32,000 nucleotides of DNA from Candidatus Babelota bacterium (lineage in GTDB: Bacteria > Babelota > Babeliae > Babelales > Vermiphilaceae): NCBI GenBank assembly GCA_039809905.1, contig JBDHVY010000001.1, forward strand, positions 180,001 to 212,000, written 5' to 3'. The notes under the pieces were generated by a model. It saw nothing but the letters and a program-made list of their open reading frames with translations. It was not told the origin of the DNA and did no database searches. Shown here piece by piece: positions 7,788 through 17,633 of the stretch (positions within the stretch are counted from its first letter, which is position 1; the number at the start of each line of letters is the position of its first letter). A program made the position numbers and the translations under genes.

Positions 7788-8276
7788 ATGATATATTTTT
7801 GTCAGATTGCTTTATGTTTGTTTTTCATCACCACAAATTCTTTATTCGCAGTCCATCAGGAAAATAAAGAAATTAAATATGCGATTCTAGAAAAGAAAAA
7901 AGAAGCTCGTCTTGAGCATAAAATTAAATATCTTCGTAAAAGATTAACACATGAATACTGTAATCTAGATGAAGAAGTAACTGATGAATTTTTAAAAAAT
8001 GAATTGGAAAAAGTAGATTTTTGGTATGGACGAAGCTTCGCACACTTGGCAACGCTTATAGTAATGCAAGAAAGAATAAATACAAACGAAACTCACTTAA
8101 TCATCACAAAAAAGTCGATAAAAAACGGAATCAATGAATACTTATCAAATGAAAAAATGTTGAAATTGAATGTAAAAATAGAAACTAATGAAGAAAGACA
8201 AGAACGACATCATAAAGAAAACATGATGGCAAATATAATTGGACATGTTTTAAGCGCAATCATAAACAATTTATAG
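7788..8276 (+). CDS. Hypothetical secreted protein (orphan)
   Basis: 162-aa ORF with a hydrophobic N-terminus (IALCLFFITTNSLFA) and a charged, helical-looking remainder. I recognise no family. Confidence 0.55.
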   Translation: MIYFCQIALCLFFITTNSLFAVHQENKEIKYAILEKKKEARLEHKIKYLRKRLTHEYCNLDEEVTDEFLKNELEKVDFWYGRSFAHLATLIVMQERINTNETHLIITKKSIKNGINEYLSNEKMLKLNVKIETNEERQERHHKENMMANIIGHVLSAIINNL

Positions 8277-8376
8277 TTTTAATAGATCGTTAAATCTTTT
8301 TTGAAAAAGCTTCAACCAAGTAGATAAGCTCTAAGAGCAATACTTTACCCTGACCACAGAAAGCAAGTTCTTTAAT

Positions 8377-8412
8377 GGGGCCCCCGTGTGAATACAATCA
8401 GAGTGGGGGTTA
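8377..8412 (-). repeat. GC-rich 3'-end hairpin repeat, copy B (shares the TAA stop of the DUF58 gene)
   Basis: Sense (minus) strand: TAA-CCCCCA-ctctgattgtattcaca-CGGGGG-CCCC. The TAA at 8412-8410 is the DUF58 stop codon. ATTAA occurs on both flanks. Confidence 0.6.
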
Positions 8413-9300
8413 ATACATCATGCGGCGTCTAAAAAATTTTACCATCTCAGCTACATAATCGTGCCGATCAGGAGCTACATCAACAAGGTCAACACCACGA
8501 CGTTTAAATAATTTACTTTGCTGTTCAATCCGTGCTCCTAAAAATCTTTTGACATCATTGTTGAAAGCTCCCCTTAAATCTAATTCTACAAGCTCTCCTG
8601 TTTCCAAATCTTCAACAGTAATAAATCCAACCGATGGCATTATTTTTTCATTTGCATCCAAACAACGCACCGCAATCAAATCAAATTTATGAGCTGCTTG
8701 AGCAAGATATGTATCTAAGTTTTCATCAATAAAATCTGAGACGAGAAACACTATCGCATCACTTTTTTTAATTGAAAGGAGATGTTGTAATGCTTGTGAT
8801 ATATCTGTTTTTGATTGTCGCGGAGTAAAACTGAGCATTGTTTCAATAATACGGTGAATATGATTTAAGCTACTGCCTGCTGGAATATATTCTTCAATTT
8901 TATCAGAAAATAATACAAGCCCAACATGATCTTTACCATGCTGAGCTACTAATGCCAATACACTAGCTAGTTCAGTAATGCGACTATATTTATTATGCTG
9001 ACCAGAGCCAAATATACTCGATTGCGAAACATCAACGGCTAGAAAAACCGTACGGCTACGCTCTTCAATATATTGCTTAACCAATACTTTATTCGTTCGT
9101 GCCGATGCTTTCCAATCAATAAAGCGTATATCATCACCAAAAGCATAATCACGAATTTGATCAAACTCAAAACCGCTTCCTTTGGTTGCAGAACGGCTAT
9201 CTCCAACAAGTGCGCCATTGAGCAATCGCCGCGTAAGAATCTCGAGTTGTTTGATTTTGCTTACAATTTCAGGTGAAATTGTTTTCTTTTTTTGCATCAT
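8410..9300 (-). CDS. DUF58 family protein (vWA-like, MoxR/Bat-cluster type)
   Basis: GSGFEFDQIRDYAFGDDIRFIDWKASARTNKVLVKQYIEERSRTVFLAVDVS is the DUF58 hallmark (G.g.eF...R.Y..GDd.R.IdWkasAR...l.vk....Er). 296 aa. Confidence 0.85.
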   Translation of the reverse strand: MMQKKKTISPEIVSKIKQLEILTRRLLNGALVGDSRSATKGSGFEFDQIRDYAFGDDIRFIDWKASARTNKVLVKQYIEERSRTVFLAVDVSQSSIFGSGQHNKYSRITELASVLALVAQHGKDHVGLVLFSDKIEEYIPAGSSLNHIHRIIETMLSFTPRQSKTDISQALQHLLSIKKSDAIVFLVSDFIDENLDTYLAQAAHKFDLIAVRCLDANEKIMPSVGFITVEDLETGELVELDLRGAFNNDVKRFLGARIEQQSKLFKRRGVDLVDVAPDRHDYVAEMVKFFRRRMMY

Positions 9301-9374
9301 AGATTACTCACCACTATATGTGGAAAAATCTTCTTAATCGCTTGGATAATTTGCATACCACTCTCCTTTTTATC

Positions 9375-9409
9375 GGGGTCCCAACGTAGTGCAACGAAGT
9401 TGGGGTTTA
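9375..9409 (-). repeat. GC-rich 3'-end hairpin repeat, copy C (shares the TAA stop of serS)
   Basis: Sense (minus) strand: TAA-ACCCCAAC-ttcgttgcactac-GTTGGG-ACCCC. The TAA at 9409-9407 is the serS stop codon. ATAAA occurs on both flanks. Confidence 0.6.
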
Positions 9410-10642
9410 TAATAACCCTTCTTTCATCAAAATCTCAGGAAGTTTTATAGTTCCATCAGGTTGCTGATATGTTTCCATCAAAGCTACCATTAATCGCGGA
9501 AGCGCTAGTGATGAACCATTAAGCGTATGAACTAACTGAGCCTTATCATCGATTTTATCTTTAAATCTAATCATGCCACGACGCGCCTGAAAATCAGTAC
9601 AATTACTGACTGATGCTATTTCTTTATATTCATTTTGTCCAGGACACCAGACTTCAATATCATATGTTTTTGCTGATGAAAATGACATATCCTGAGTTGC
9701 TAAAATTAAAATACGATAATGCAAGCCTAATATTTGCAAAATTTCTTCTGCGCACGCAAGCATACGCTCATGCTCATTCCATGATTCCTCTGGAGCACAA
9801 ATGGATACAATTTCCACTTTTTCAAATTGACGCATTCTAATAAGTCCGCGTTCATTTGCACCATAACCGCCACCTTCACGTCTAAAACAGCTCGTAAAAG
9901 CCGTCATGCGTATTGGTAAGTCGCGTTTCATGACAATCTGATCACGATAGATATTGGTCAAATTAACTTCTGAAGTTGGCGTTAAAAAGAGGTCATCGCC
10001 AGGAACAGCAAATGCTTGATCTTTAAATCGAGGGAAGTTGCCAGTAACTTCTAAGCTTTTTTCATTCAACAAAACTGATGGCAATACTAAATTAAATCCT
10101 CGCTTATTGTTGTGCTTAAGCATAAACATAGCAAGAGAATATAATAATTTAACGCCATCACCTTTGTACAAAGCAAAATTAGCTCCGGCAAGTTTTGTTG
10201 CAGCTTCAAAATCAAGCCAACCAAGTTTTTCACCAAGCTCAACATGATTTTTTAACGGAAAATTATAGGTTGGTTTGATACCGTTATAACGATCAACTAC
10301 GTTATCTAAGACTGTTCCTAGTGGTACGGAATCATCAGCAAGATTAGGACACATAAGATATAATTGTTGAAATGCTTGTTCAACATCAACAAGTTCATGC
10401 TCTTTGCTTTTTAATTGCTCGCTTATTTCAACCGATTGAGCACGCAATTCAGGAGTAATACCATCACGTCCTTTTTTTGCTAATTCATTCTTATGCGAAC
10501 GCAAATTCTCAACATCTAAGCGAATAGCACGTAATTTTTTATCCAATGCAATTAACTGATTACTATCAAAACCAGGATCCTTTTTTGCTACTGCTGCAAT
10601 AAATATCTCTGGCGTTTCGCGCAACATGTTAAGATCAACCAT
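9407..10642 (-). CDS. serS: Seryl-tRNA synthetase
   Basis: It has an N-terminal coiled-coil arm (MVDLNMLRETPE..) and class II core motifs (FTSCFRREGGGYG, GLIRMRQFEKVE, TLNGSSLALPRLMVALMETYQ). GAGG RBS. Confidence 0.95.
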   Translation of the reverse strand: MVDLNMLRETPEIFIAAVAKKDPGFDSNQLIALDKKLRAIRLDVENLRSHKNELAKKGRDGITPELRAQSVEISEQLKSKEHELVDVEQAFQQLYLMCPNLADDSVPLGTVLDNVVDRYNGIKPTYNFPLKNHVELGEKLGWLDFEAATKLAGANFALYKGDGVKLLYSLAMFMLKHNNKRGFNLVLPSVLLNEKSLEVTGNFPRFKDQAFAVPGDDLFLTPTSEVNLTNIYRDQIVMKRDLPIRMTAFTSCFRREGGGYGANERGLIRMRQFEKVEIVSICAPEESWNEHERMLACAEEILQILGLHYRILILATQDMSFSSAKTYDIEVWCPGQNEYKEIASVSNCTDFQARRGMIRFKDKIDDKAQLVHTLNGSSLALPRLMVALMETYQQPDGTIKLPEILMKEGLL

Positions 10643-10786
10643 GAATACCTCTAAAAACAGTTAGACGATCTAGACTTTATCGTAAAAATAATACCTCAAA
10701 ATAACACTTTTTACTATAAACTTAATTTTTTTGGTGTATATTGATTTACCAAATAAATTATACAAATTTTAATTAATAGGCTCGTA

Positions 10787-13700
10787 ATGCTTACAAATCT
10801 GATTTATACATCATATATTTTTTGTGCAATTATAGCATGCCTACATAATAACTCTCTTATTGGTATGGAGGCACTACAACTCTCTCATTCTTCTTTTCTT
10901 TCAGATGGCCTTGATAACGTTTATTCAGGATTTAATAAAGCAATACTGCAAAAACAAGAAGGTAAATCTCAAGAGGCAGTCATCACCCTAATTCATTCCT
11001 ATTCATATGCTCAAAAGCATGGATTACTCAATTCTATCGAGCCTTTTTATTTGCATGGAACTTGCAAATATGTCGGGTTACCTCAGATTGCAGCGCGCCA
11101 TAATGTAACAGCTTTGGCACATAAATATGCCATAATCAATCGTAGTTTTTTAGATGGCATAAGAGATTATCACACGGAAAATATCAAAACAGCAGCAACA
11201 TCATTGCTTCAATCCTATTCGTATGCTCAAAACAACGATATGATTACTTTATTTAATCCTCTTCTTTTAGAAACGGTACGCAAACATTTATTTTCGACAC
11301 AATATATCCAAAAACAATACCAAAGCGCTCTTCCTTTTGCCGATAACACGGTACAAAAGCTGAATCTTTATTCTCATATCGCAAAACAAGCATATACGCA
11401 AGGAAATTTTGCACTTGGACAAGAATGTTATGAAAATATCTTTTCTTTAAAAAAACAAATATCTTGTATTGATACATTTGTACATTATTCAAGATTAGCC
11501 AAAGAATTCGCTACTGATGGGCTCTCGTATTATTTATCTCTTATGTATCTTCAAGATGCCCTTATTAGTCTTGCAGAAAGTAATTTCCATAGATCAGAAG
11601 CACAAAAAAAACGTAATCTGCTTGAGCCTACATTTACCATGCTTAAAGAAGAAGCTTTATCAAAAACTATTCGTGACAAGGCTATTCTTTTAGAAAAATA
11701 TTTTGATATAATAATAGCAATAAAAACATCTGCTCGAGGCCTTATAGAACATCTCTCTAACCCTCAAAAAAAAACCTCCCCTGCATATATGGCACTTATG
11801 CATTTATTCGCTGCATGTATCAATGAAAATATAACCATTGATAGAGCAATCGATATAATGGTTAATAATCCAGAACTTATTCAATTTTGGGATTTAGAAG
11901 GAAATATTGCCATTCCAATACTAGAAAGATTTTTATCAAAAAAAAATCTAAGCATCGAAATTAAAGATCTTTTCCATACCTTTGTTGGGGGATATTACTA
12001 TCATAATGATAATCCAGAAATTACAATTCATCATTTGAAACAATGCAGCACCTTTGAAAATGATCTTTATCTTCAAGCTCTCAGTGCCAAAATAGATAAA
12101 AATCCAGACACTCGCAAAGAAAAAATAAAATCTATAATACCTCTGTTATCTAAATCCTTTGTGCTGAAATCCTCAACCGTAAAAGACAATTCTGCAAAAA
12201 AAATTATCGCTGAAATATGTGGCTACAACAGTTCAGCTCCCCTGCACAATACGTTATCTATGTGCCAAGAATTAGTGATCCTGCTTGCTATTTCAGGCAA
12301 TAATAACTATCCATTAGAATACGTACGAACTTTAATGGCATTAAAAGATCTGAATAAAAAAAAGAATCTGCTTTCTCCTGATCAGAGTAAAACAATAACG
12401 ATGCTCAATATATATTTTGACTTCTTTTCTCTTCTGCAAGCACATGATCAAAAAAAATTAAGCGCCTTTTTTACAGGAAAAAACAGTTGGTTAAAAGGTA
12501 TAAGACGTCTGGTGCTAGAAACGATTGCAGGACATAAAAAAAATTGCCTTCAAAACATCATTTTTGAACAAGAAGTTTTTGAATTTAATGATAATCTTAT
12601 AGAAATTTTAAATCAGATAATACAATATTCTCAAAGCCATTTAAAGATAAGTTCTGAAGAATGCCATTATCTGATGGGTGGATATGCAGCGCAATGTCAC
12701 AATTATGATCAAGCCTTCAAACACTTTCTACAGTGCGATCTTGATAATATTTATGTACGAGCAAAAATTGTAGAAAGCTCTCCGATCAAGGATATGTTAA
12801 CCACTCTTGAATCTTGTATATCGCTGCTCAATAGTGATCGAGAAGATGATAAAACGCGCATGGCAAAAAAAATCATAAGCAACACTATTAACAAACGTCA
12901 TAAAGAATACGTCGACATACTGTTAAAAACTGAAGATTACGAACAAGCATATAAATTTGTGCAATGTCTTGCAGATCTGAATCTATCAACAACTCTTGAA
13001 GCATTATGCGATGCATTCGCCACCATAGAAAAAGCCATTCTACAAAAACCTTATGATGAATATCATGCAATAATGCATATGCCAGCTTATGCCGAAACAT
13101 ATAAAAAAATTGAAACAATCAGCATAAAAAATAATAACGCCGCTTTTTGTAATAAAATTGCATCTATTCTGAAACGGCATAGCAAAAGTATTCATCTTGA
13201 ATCGCGTGATAAAACTATATTAAAAAGAGAGTGCTGTAATTACCTATCTCGCTCTCTCAAAATTAATAATAAAATAACGGATAGCAAATCAGAAAAAAGA
13301 CGTATGTTATTTGGGAAATTAGCGTGTTGTTTTGGAAAAATTGAAAAGTCTATATCTCTACTGGATGAAGCTATTCCCTATAATCCGCAAGCCTTGTATG
13401 AGAAGGCACAACTCTTAAGAAAGCAAGAAAATGTAAGCTCTCAAGATTGGCTGAATATTATAAGCCTTTCAGAACAGCATGTTGCCAGTAACGATAGTGA
13501 CATTCGTCGAGGAAAATCATATTACATTCTTGGAAAGTATCATTTTGAACACACGCGTAAGCGAAAAGCACTTAAATATTTCAAAGCTGCTGCCGATTTG
13601 GGCAATTATGATGCCGCACACTTATTAGCCCTTATGTATATCGATGGCACAGAAAATAATCAAACGCTTAATAAAGAACATGCTCTTATACACTTACAGA

Positions 13701-15451
13701 AAACAATTGAGCTGAAGAAAAAGAGCTCTTATCTTAAAGCGCTTTATATCCGTGCATTGATTTATTACCAAGATAATAAATATGCCCAAGCTCATGAAGA
13801 CTTAGTAACTTTATTAAGTTTCAATGAATACGATGACTCACAAAAACTTTTCTGTCATTGGCTTACCGGATTAACAAAACTGCATCTTAATGAAAATATA
13901 GATGTATCAGATGAAATAAGTTCTCATTTCATGAATGCATATCAAATAGGTCTTGCTCATAAACTTGAGAATCCTGATTCACCATTCATCAAAGAATTTA
14001 TATTAGTCCGTGACGAAAAAACATTGGCGATTGTTCAGAAAAATATTAATCATATTCTAGAGAATAATAAAACTGATAAATCCTCAGTGATTTTTTGTAC
14101 CGTTATGGGCTCCGTTCTTTTTGAACAATGTCAAACTCAACCTATTACCGATATAGTTCGTCAACTTGCAGTGAAAAGTTTGGTCTATGCAGCAGAAAAT
14201 GGTCATTCCGCAGCTCCTTTTTCATTGCTGAAAACAGATGATAAAGAAGTAGATTGCTTGGATAAAATTCATTACCTTGAAGTTTTATTGTTCAACAATC
14301 CTCACTTAAAAGAATCTATTAACCCTGCACTTGCACCAATGTATCCTACTGATGTTCTTAGTCAAGCAACATTAATCACACACTTTGCAAAAAAAAGTAA
14401 TCCTGCTGTATTGCAAAAATATACATCTCAACTGTACGAACATCGCAAACCTCAATTATCAGCAGAGACTATTCCATATCTTTTACTTCCTAATGATGAA
14501 ATTGAACAAATAATGGTAGAATGCATAGGAAATCCCGCATTATTAGATACAGCAAATAATTTTCTGAAAAATCCTTCAAAATCAATTCCTCAAGAACATT
14601 TTATGGCTATTTTTTATGGATCACTGCTTACATACAGCCTTAATTCAGAATTATTGCTTAAGGGAGCTAACTATCTAGAAAAATCTCGTGAATTTTTCCC
14701 TACTATTCAAAAAGAGGATATCGAAAAAAATCTTGGATATATTTATTACAAACTAGGATTGCGCCAGGCAGAGCTTAAGAACCAAGATTCCGCTGTAATT
14801 TATTTTGAAAAAGGTGCTGACCTTGGCAATCAACATTGTGAGCAACTCTTAAAACAATTTTCACCACACAAGCCCACACAAACAAAAAACTGTAACAAAA
14901 CCAATGAATCAACACAACAGATACGTCAAGGTCTGCAACTTGTTATTGTCAATACAACAGAAACACGAGAAAAAGTTAATAATTTATTAGAAAAACAAGC
15001 ACAACACCCTGATTACAAACATCTTATCTCTTCATCAACAGATAACCACCTTAAATCTAATCAGAAAAATAATGTCGACGATATAAAAATACATGAAACA
15101 AAATCTGTGACATCCTTTACGTATGCTTGGGGCTTTTGTAATGAATCAGAAAATATTCAACAGGAAAACAGCCAAATGGCAAAAAAAGCAATAGAATACG
15201 GTTTCAAAGATGCAATCATAAAAAATAGTGGTCATTCCAATAATTTATTTATCAGTCTTTCATCTCTGGGGCATTTATGCAGTTTAGTGGAAATAATAAT
15301 TACAAAAAAAAGCACCATGCAAACGAATCTCTTGTTGAGAACAATAAAAAAAGAATTGATGACTCACAATATAAATATCAAAGCTTTTGAAAGATTTTAT
15401 AAATCATTTTTTAAAGGAAATCTTACTTCTCATAAACATTGGTCAAAATAA
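10787..15451 (+). CDS. Giant (1554 aa) secreted Sel1/TPR-like repeat protein
   Basis: One uninterrupted 4.6-kb ORF with a hydrophobic N-terminus (YIFCAIIACLHNNSLIG). Sel1-type repeats are present (KALKYFKAAADLGNYDAAHLLALMYIDG; AVIYFEKGADLGNQHCEQLL) along with many TPR-like helical pairs. An internal N-terminal duplication is marked by SYSYAQ. Confidence 0.85.
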   Translation: MLTNLIYTSYIFCAIIACLHNNSLIGMEALQLSHSSFLSDGLDNVYSGFNKAILQKQEGKSQEAVITLIHSYSYAQKHGLLNSIEPFYLHGTCKYVGLPQIAARHNVTALAHKYAIINRSFLDGIRDYHTENIKTAATSLLQSYSYAQNNDMITLFNPLLLETVRKHLFSTQYIQKQYQSALPFADNTVQKLNLYSHIAKQAYTQGNFALGQECYENIFSLKKQISCIDTFVHYSRLAKEFATDGLSYYLSLMYLQDALISLAESNFHRSEAQKKRNLLEPTFTMLKEEALSKTIRDKAILLEKYFDIIIAIKTSARGLIEHLSNPQKKTSPAYMALMHLFAACINENITIDRAIDIMVNNPELIQFWDLEGNIAIPILERFLSKKNLSIEIKDLFHTFVGGYYYHNDNPEITIHHLKQCSTFENDLYLQALSAKIDKNPDTRKEKIKSIIPLLSKSFVLKSSTVKDNSAKKIIAEICGYNSSAPLHNTLSMCQELVILLAISGNNNYPLEYVRTLMALKDLNKKKNLLSPDQSKTITMLNIYFDFFSLLQAHDQKKLSAFFTGKNSWLKGIRRLVLETIAGHKKNCLQNIIFEQEVFEFNDNLIEILNQIIQYSQSHLKISSEECHYLMGGYAAQCHNYDQAFKHFLQCDLDNIYVRAKIVESSPIKDMLTTLESCISLLNSDREDDKTRMAKKIISNTINKRHKEYVDILLKTEDYEQAYKFVQCLADLNLSTTLEALCDAFATIEKAILQKPYDEYHAIMHMPAYAETYKKIETISIKNNNAAFCNKIASILKRHSKSIHLESRDKTILKRECCNYLSRSLKINNKITDSKSEKRRMLFGKLACCFGKIEKSISLLDEAIPYNPQALYEKAQLLRKQENVSSQDWLNIISLSEQHVASNDSDIRRGKSYYILGKYHFEHTRKRKALKYFKAAADLGNYDAAHLLALMYIDGTENNQTLNKEHALIHLQKTIELKKKSSYLKALYIRALIYYQDNKYAQAHEDLVTLLSFNEYDDSQKLFCHWLTGLTKLHLNENIDVSDEISSHFMNAYQIGLAHKLENPDSPFIKEFILVRDEKTLAIVQKNINHILENNKTDKSSVIFCTVMGSVLFEQCQTQPITDIVRQLAVKSLVYAAENGHSAAPFSLLKTDDKEVDCLDKIHYLEVLLFNNPHLKESINPALAPMYPTDVLSQATLITHFAKKSNPAVLQKYTSQLYEHRKPQLSAETIPYLLLPNDEIEQIMVECIGNPALLDTANNFLKNPSKSIPQEHFMAIFYGSLLTYSLNSELLLKGANYLEKSREFFPTIQKEDIEKNLGYIYYKLGLRQAELKNQDSAVIYFEKGADLGNQHCEQLLKQFSPHKPTQTKNCNKTNESTQQIRQGLQLVIVNTTETREKVNNLLEKQAQHPDYKHLISSSTDNHLKSNQKNNVDDIKIHETKSVTSFTYAWGFCNESENIQQENSQMAKKAIEYGFKDAIIKNSGHSNNLFISLSSLGHLCSLVEIIITKKSTMQTNLLLRTIKKELMTHNINIKAFERFYKSFFKGNLTSHKHWSK

Positions 15452-15454
15452 ATT

Positions 15455-15489
15455 AACACCGGAAGCTAATTAAATTAACTTCCGGTGTT
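15455..15489. terminator. Long hairpin between convergent Sel1-giant and hup genes
   Basis: AACACCGGAAG-ctaattaaattaa-CTTCCGGTGTT forms an 11-bp GC-containing stem extendable through AT pairs. The T-rich run on the minus-strand side (ttaatttatttt) fits termination of hup. Confidence 0.6.
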
Positions 15490-15522
15490 GTGTAAAAACT
15501 ATTCTTGCGAAAAGGTTTTTGA

Positions 15523-15810
15523 TTAACCTAGTCTTACGGAACGAACAACTTCACGTAAACTTTTGCCAGCTTTGAAACGAGGTATACTAATTTCAGGCAA
15601 ATCAATACGTTCTTTCGTTGCAGGATTGATTCCTTTGCGAGCTGGTCTATTTGAAATCCAAAAGCTTCCAAATCCTGTGATGGAAACTTTTTCACCTTTT
15701 TTTAATGCACGGCTCACAACACGTGTTAATGAATCCAATACACGAGTGACATCCATTTTACTAAATGTTGTCTCTTCGCTGAGCTCATTAATTAATTCGC
15801 TCTTGTTCAT
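15523..15810 (-). CDS. hup: HU/IHF-family nucleoid DNA-binding protein
   Basis: MNKSELINELSEET..SKMDVTRVLDSL...GEKVSITGFGSFWISNRPARKGINPATKERIDLPEISIPRFKAGKSL is the canonical HU pattern. Strong GAGGAG RBS. Confidence 0.95.
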   Translation of the reverse strand: MNKSELINELSEETTFSKMDVTRVLDSLTRVVSRALKKGEKVSITGFGSFWISNRPARKGINPATKERIDLPEISIPRFKAGKSLREVVRSVRLG

Positions 15811-16014
15811 ACGAACTCCTCATAATGGTTAGTAAAAATGATTGAAATAAAACACTGTTTCTTCATTAAAACTTTCTTTTAAAAATCCTATCTCACGCTA
15901 CACTAAAAATAGGAGATTGTTGTAAGATATAATAATTTCAGAAAAGTTTGTCAAATTTAATCATAATTAAAAAAAGATATTTACTTTAAAAATATAGTAA
16001 ACAAGGACTTTGTT

Positions 16015-16830
16015 ATGCTCATCGATACGCACTGCCACATCAATATGATGGTAAAATCAACATTTGATACACCACTACAAGAATCTGATATTCCTCATGC
16101 AAAAAAAATTATTGAAACTGCACATAACAACGATGTAAGTATCATCATTAATGTTGGCACACGCGCAATTGAGAATCAAAATTGCATATTACTTGCTCGC
16201 ACATTTAACTCTGTTTATGCAACAGTTGGAATCCATCCCAATGATTCTGATACGTGGCAAGAAGATTTTGAATTACTCAAAAAATGGGTCCTCAATAAAA
16301 AGGATAATAAAGTTGTCGGCATTGGTGAATGCGGCATTGATATGCATTATCCTGACTACAATTTTAATCGTCAGCGCGATGCATTCAAAGCTCAAATAGA
16401 ACTTGCTCTTGAAAATAATCTCGCGCTTGTCATACATAGTCGTGATGCATATGATGAAACATTGCGCATATTAGAAGAATATAAAAATAATATTTCTCGT
16501 GCTACTATGCATTGCTTTTCGTATGATACCGCTTTTGCACAAGCTGTTATCGAATGGAATTTTGTTCTTGGTATTGGTGGAACTCTTACCTATCCAAAAA
16601 ATCAAGAATTACGAAACTGTGTTACCAACATCGATTTAAAAAATATAGTATTAGAAACAGATGCACCATTTTTACCTCCGCAAGCTATACGAGGCAAACA
16701 AAATCATCCTCAAGAGATTAAAACAATAGCAAAATTTTTGGCAGATTTACGGGGAGAAACTTTTGATAATATTGCACATGAAACAACTGATAATGCTTTA
16801 AAATTGTTTGGATTGCATGATTTTTTATAG
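16015..16830 (+). CDS. tatD: TatD-family metal-dependent hydrolase/DNase
   Basis: MLIDTHCHIN, GIHPND, IGECGIDMHY, LVIHSRDA, MHCFS and LETDAPFL are the TatD motif series. Confidence 0.9.
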   Translation: MLIDTHCHINMMVKSTFDTPLQESDIPHAKKIIETAHNNDVSIIINVGTRAIENQNCILLARTFNSVYATVGIHPNDSDTWQEDFELLKKWVLNKKDNKVVGIGECGIDMHYPDYNFNRQRDAFKAQIELALENNLALVIHSRDAYDETLRILEEYKNNISRATMHCFSYDTAFAQAVIEWNFVLGIGGTLTYPKNQELRNCVTNIDLKNIVLETDAPFLPPQAIRGKQNHPQEIKTIAKFLADLRGETFDNIAHETTDNALKLFGLHDFL

Positions 16831-16869
16831 TATTATAAAGGATATTATAATTATTGTTTAAGGAATCAA

Positions 16870-17616
16870 ATGAATTTTTATGCACCAATGTTATTATTAA
16901 CAATATTATTGCAATCCTTTTTGTGTATGAGTATGCATAATAAACAAGCACTAATACTCCCTCAAAAAGATAATCCAAAAAAATATTTCTTAAAAGATAA
17001 TAATGATATACCTATTACTTTTCTTGTGCCATTTGCTGACGATATAAAAATTTTTTTTCCTCGAAAAAAAACAAAACTTTCCCCAAACAACTTCGATGCT
17101 ATACGGCTTATGTCAATAAAAAAGAGAGAAGAAAAGAATCTTATAGGAATAACAAAATCTGAAATGACCTGCAAATCATTATTACCCAAAGACATAAACA
17201 ATAATAAGCCTCGTGCCTCAGTTACCACTGTCAAACCAAAGAAAACTATACCATTGCAGCAACAAGAAAAATATCTACAAAAATTGCTGTACAGTAAACT
17301 AGCGGTTACAGGACAGGTAAGTCTTTTTAATAAATTGAATAAAATGTTACAAAGTCTTCCCATTCATAATAAGATTCAATGCTTTGGTGACATAGAAGCA
17401 TTTTTTAACACTCCTCATCATTTAATTATTATTAAATTAACGGAAACTTGGGTCTCTATGTGTTCTCTCTGCAAACATAAAATTAAATATCTTGAAGAAC
17501 CGTACGAGAAAATATACGATCAAAGTCTAGAAAAATTTGTAGATCAACATTTTGGCTGTTTCAGATGTGAATCTTTGAGCAAACCTTCGCGCAATTACGC
17601 ATCACCTTTGATTTAG
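16870..17616 (+). CDS. Hypothetical secreted protein with C-terminal CxxC..CxxC pair
   Basis: 248-aa ORF with signal-like MLLLTILLQSFLCMS. The C-terminus has CSLCKHK...GCFRCES (a possible zinc knuckle). I recognise no family. Confidence 0.6.
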   Translation: MNFYAPMLLLTILLQSFLCMSMHNKQALILPQKDNPKKYFLKDNNDIPITFLVPFADDIKIFFPRKKTKLSPNNFDAIRLMSIKKREEKNLIGITKSEMTCKSLLPKDINNNKPRASVTTVKPKKTIPLQQQEKYLQKLLYSKLAVTGQVSLFNKLNKMLQSLPIHNKIQCFGDIEAFFNTPHHLIIIKLTETWVSMCSLCKHKIKYLEEPYEKIYDQSLEKFVDQHFGCFRCESLSKPSRNYASPLI

Positions 17617-17633
17617 TTTAGTGCGAGAAAAAT

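Noticed and set aside
15563-15832. 89-aa plus-strand ORF covering the HU gene region.
   Set aside because: It is the exact antisense shadow of the clearly conserved HU/IHF gene on the minus strand.
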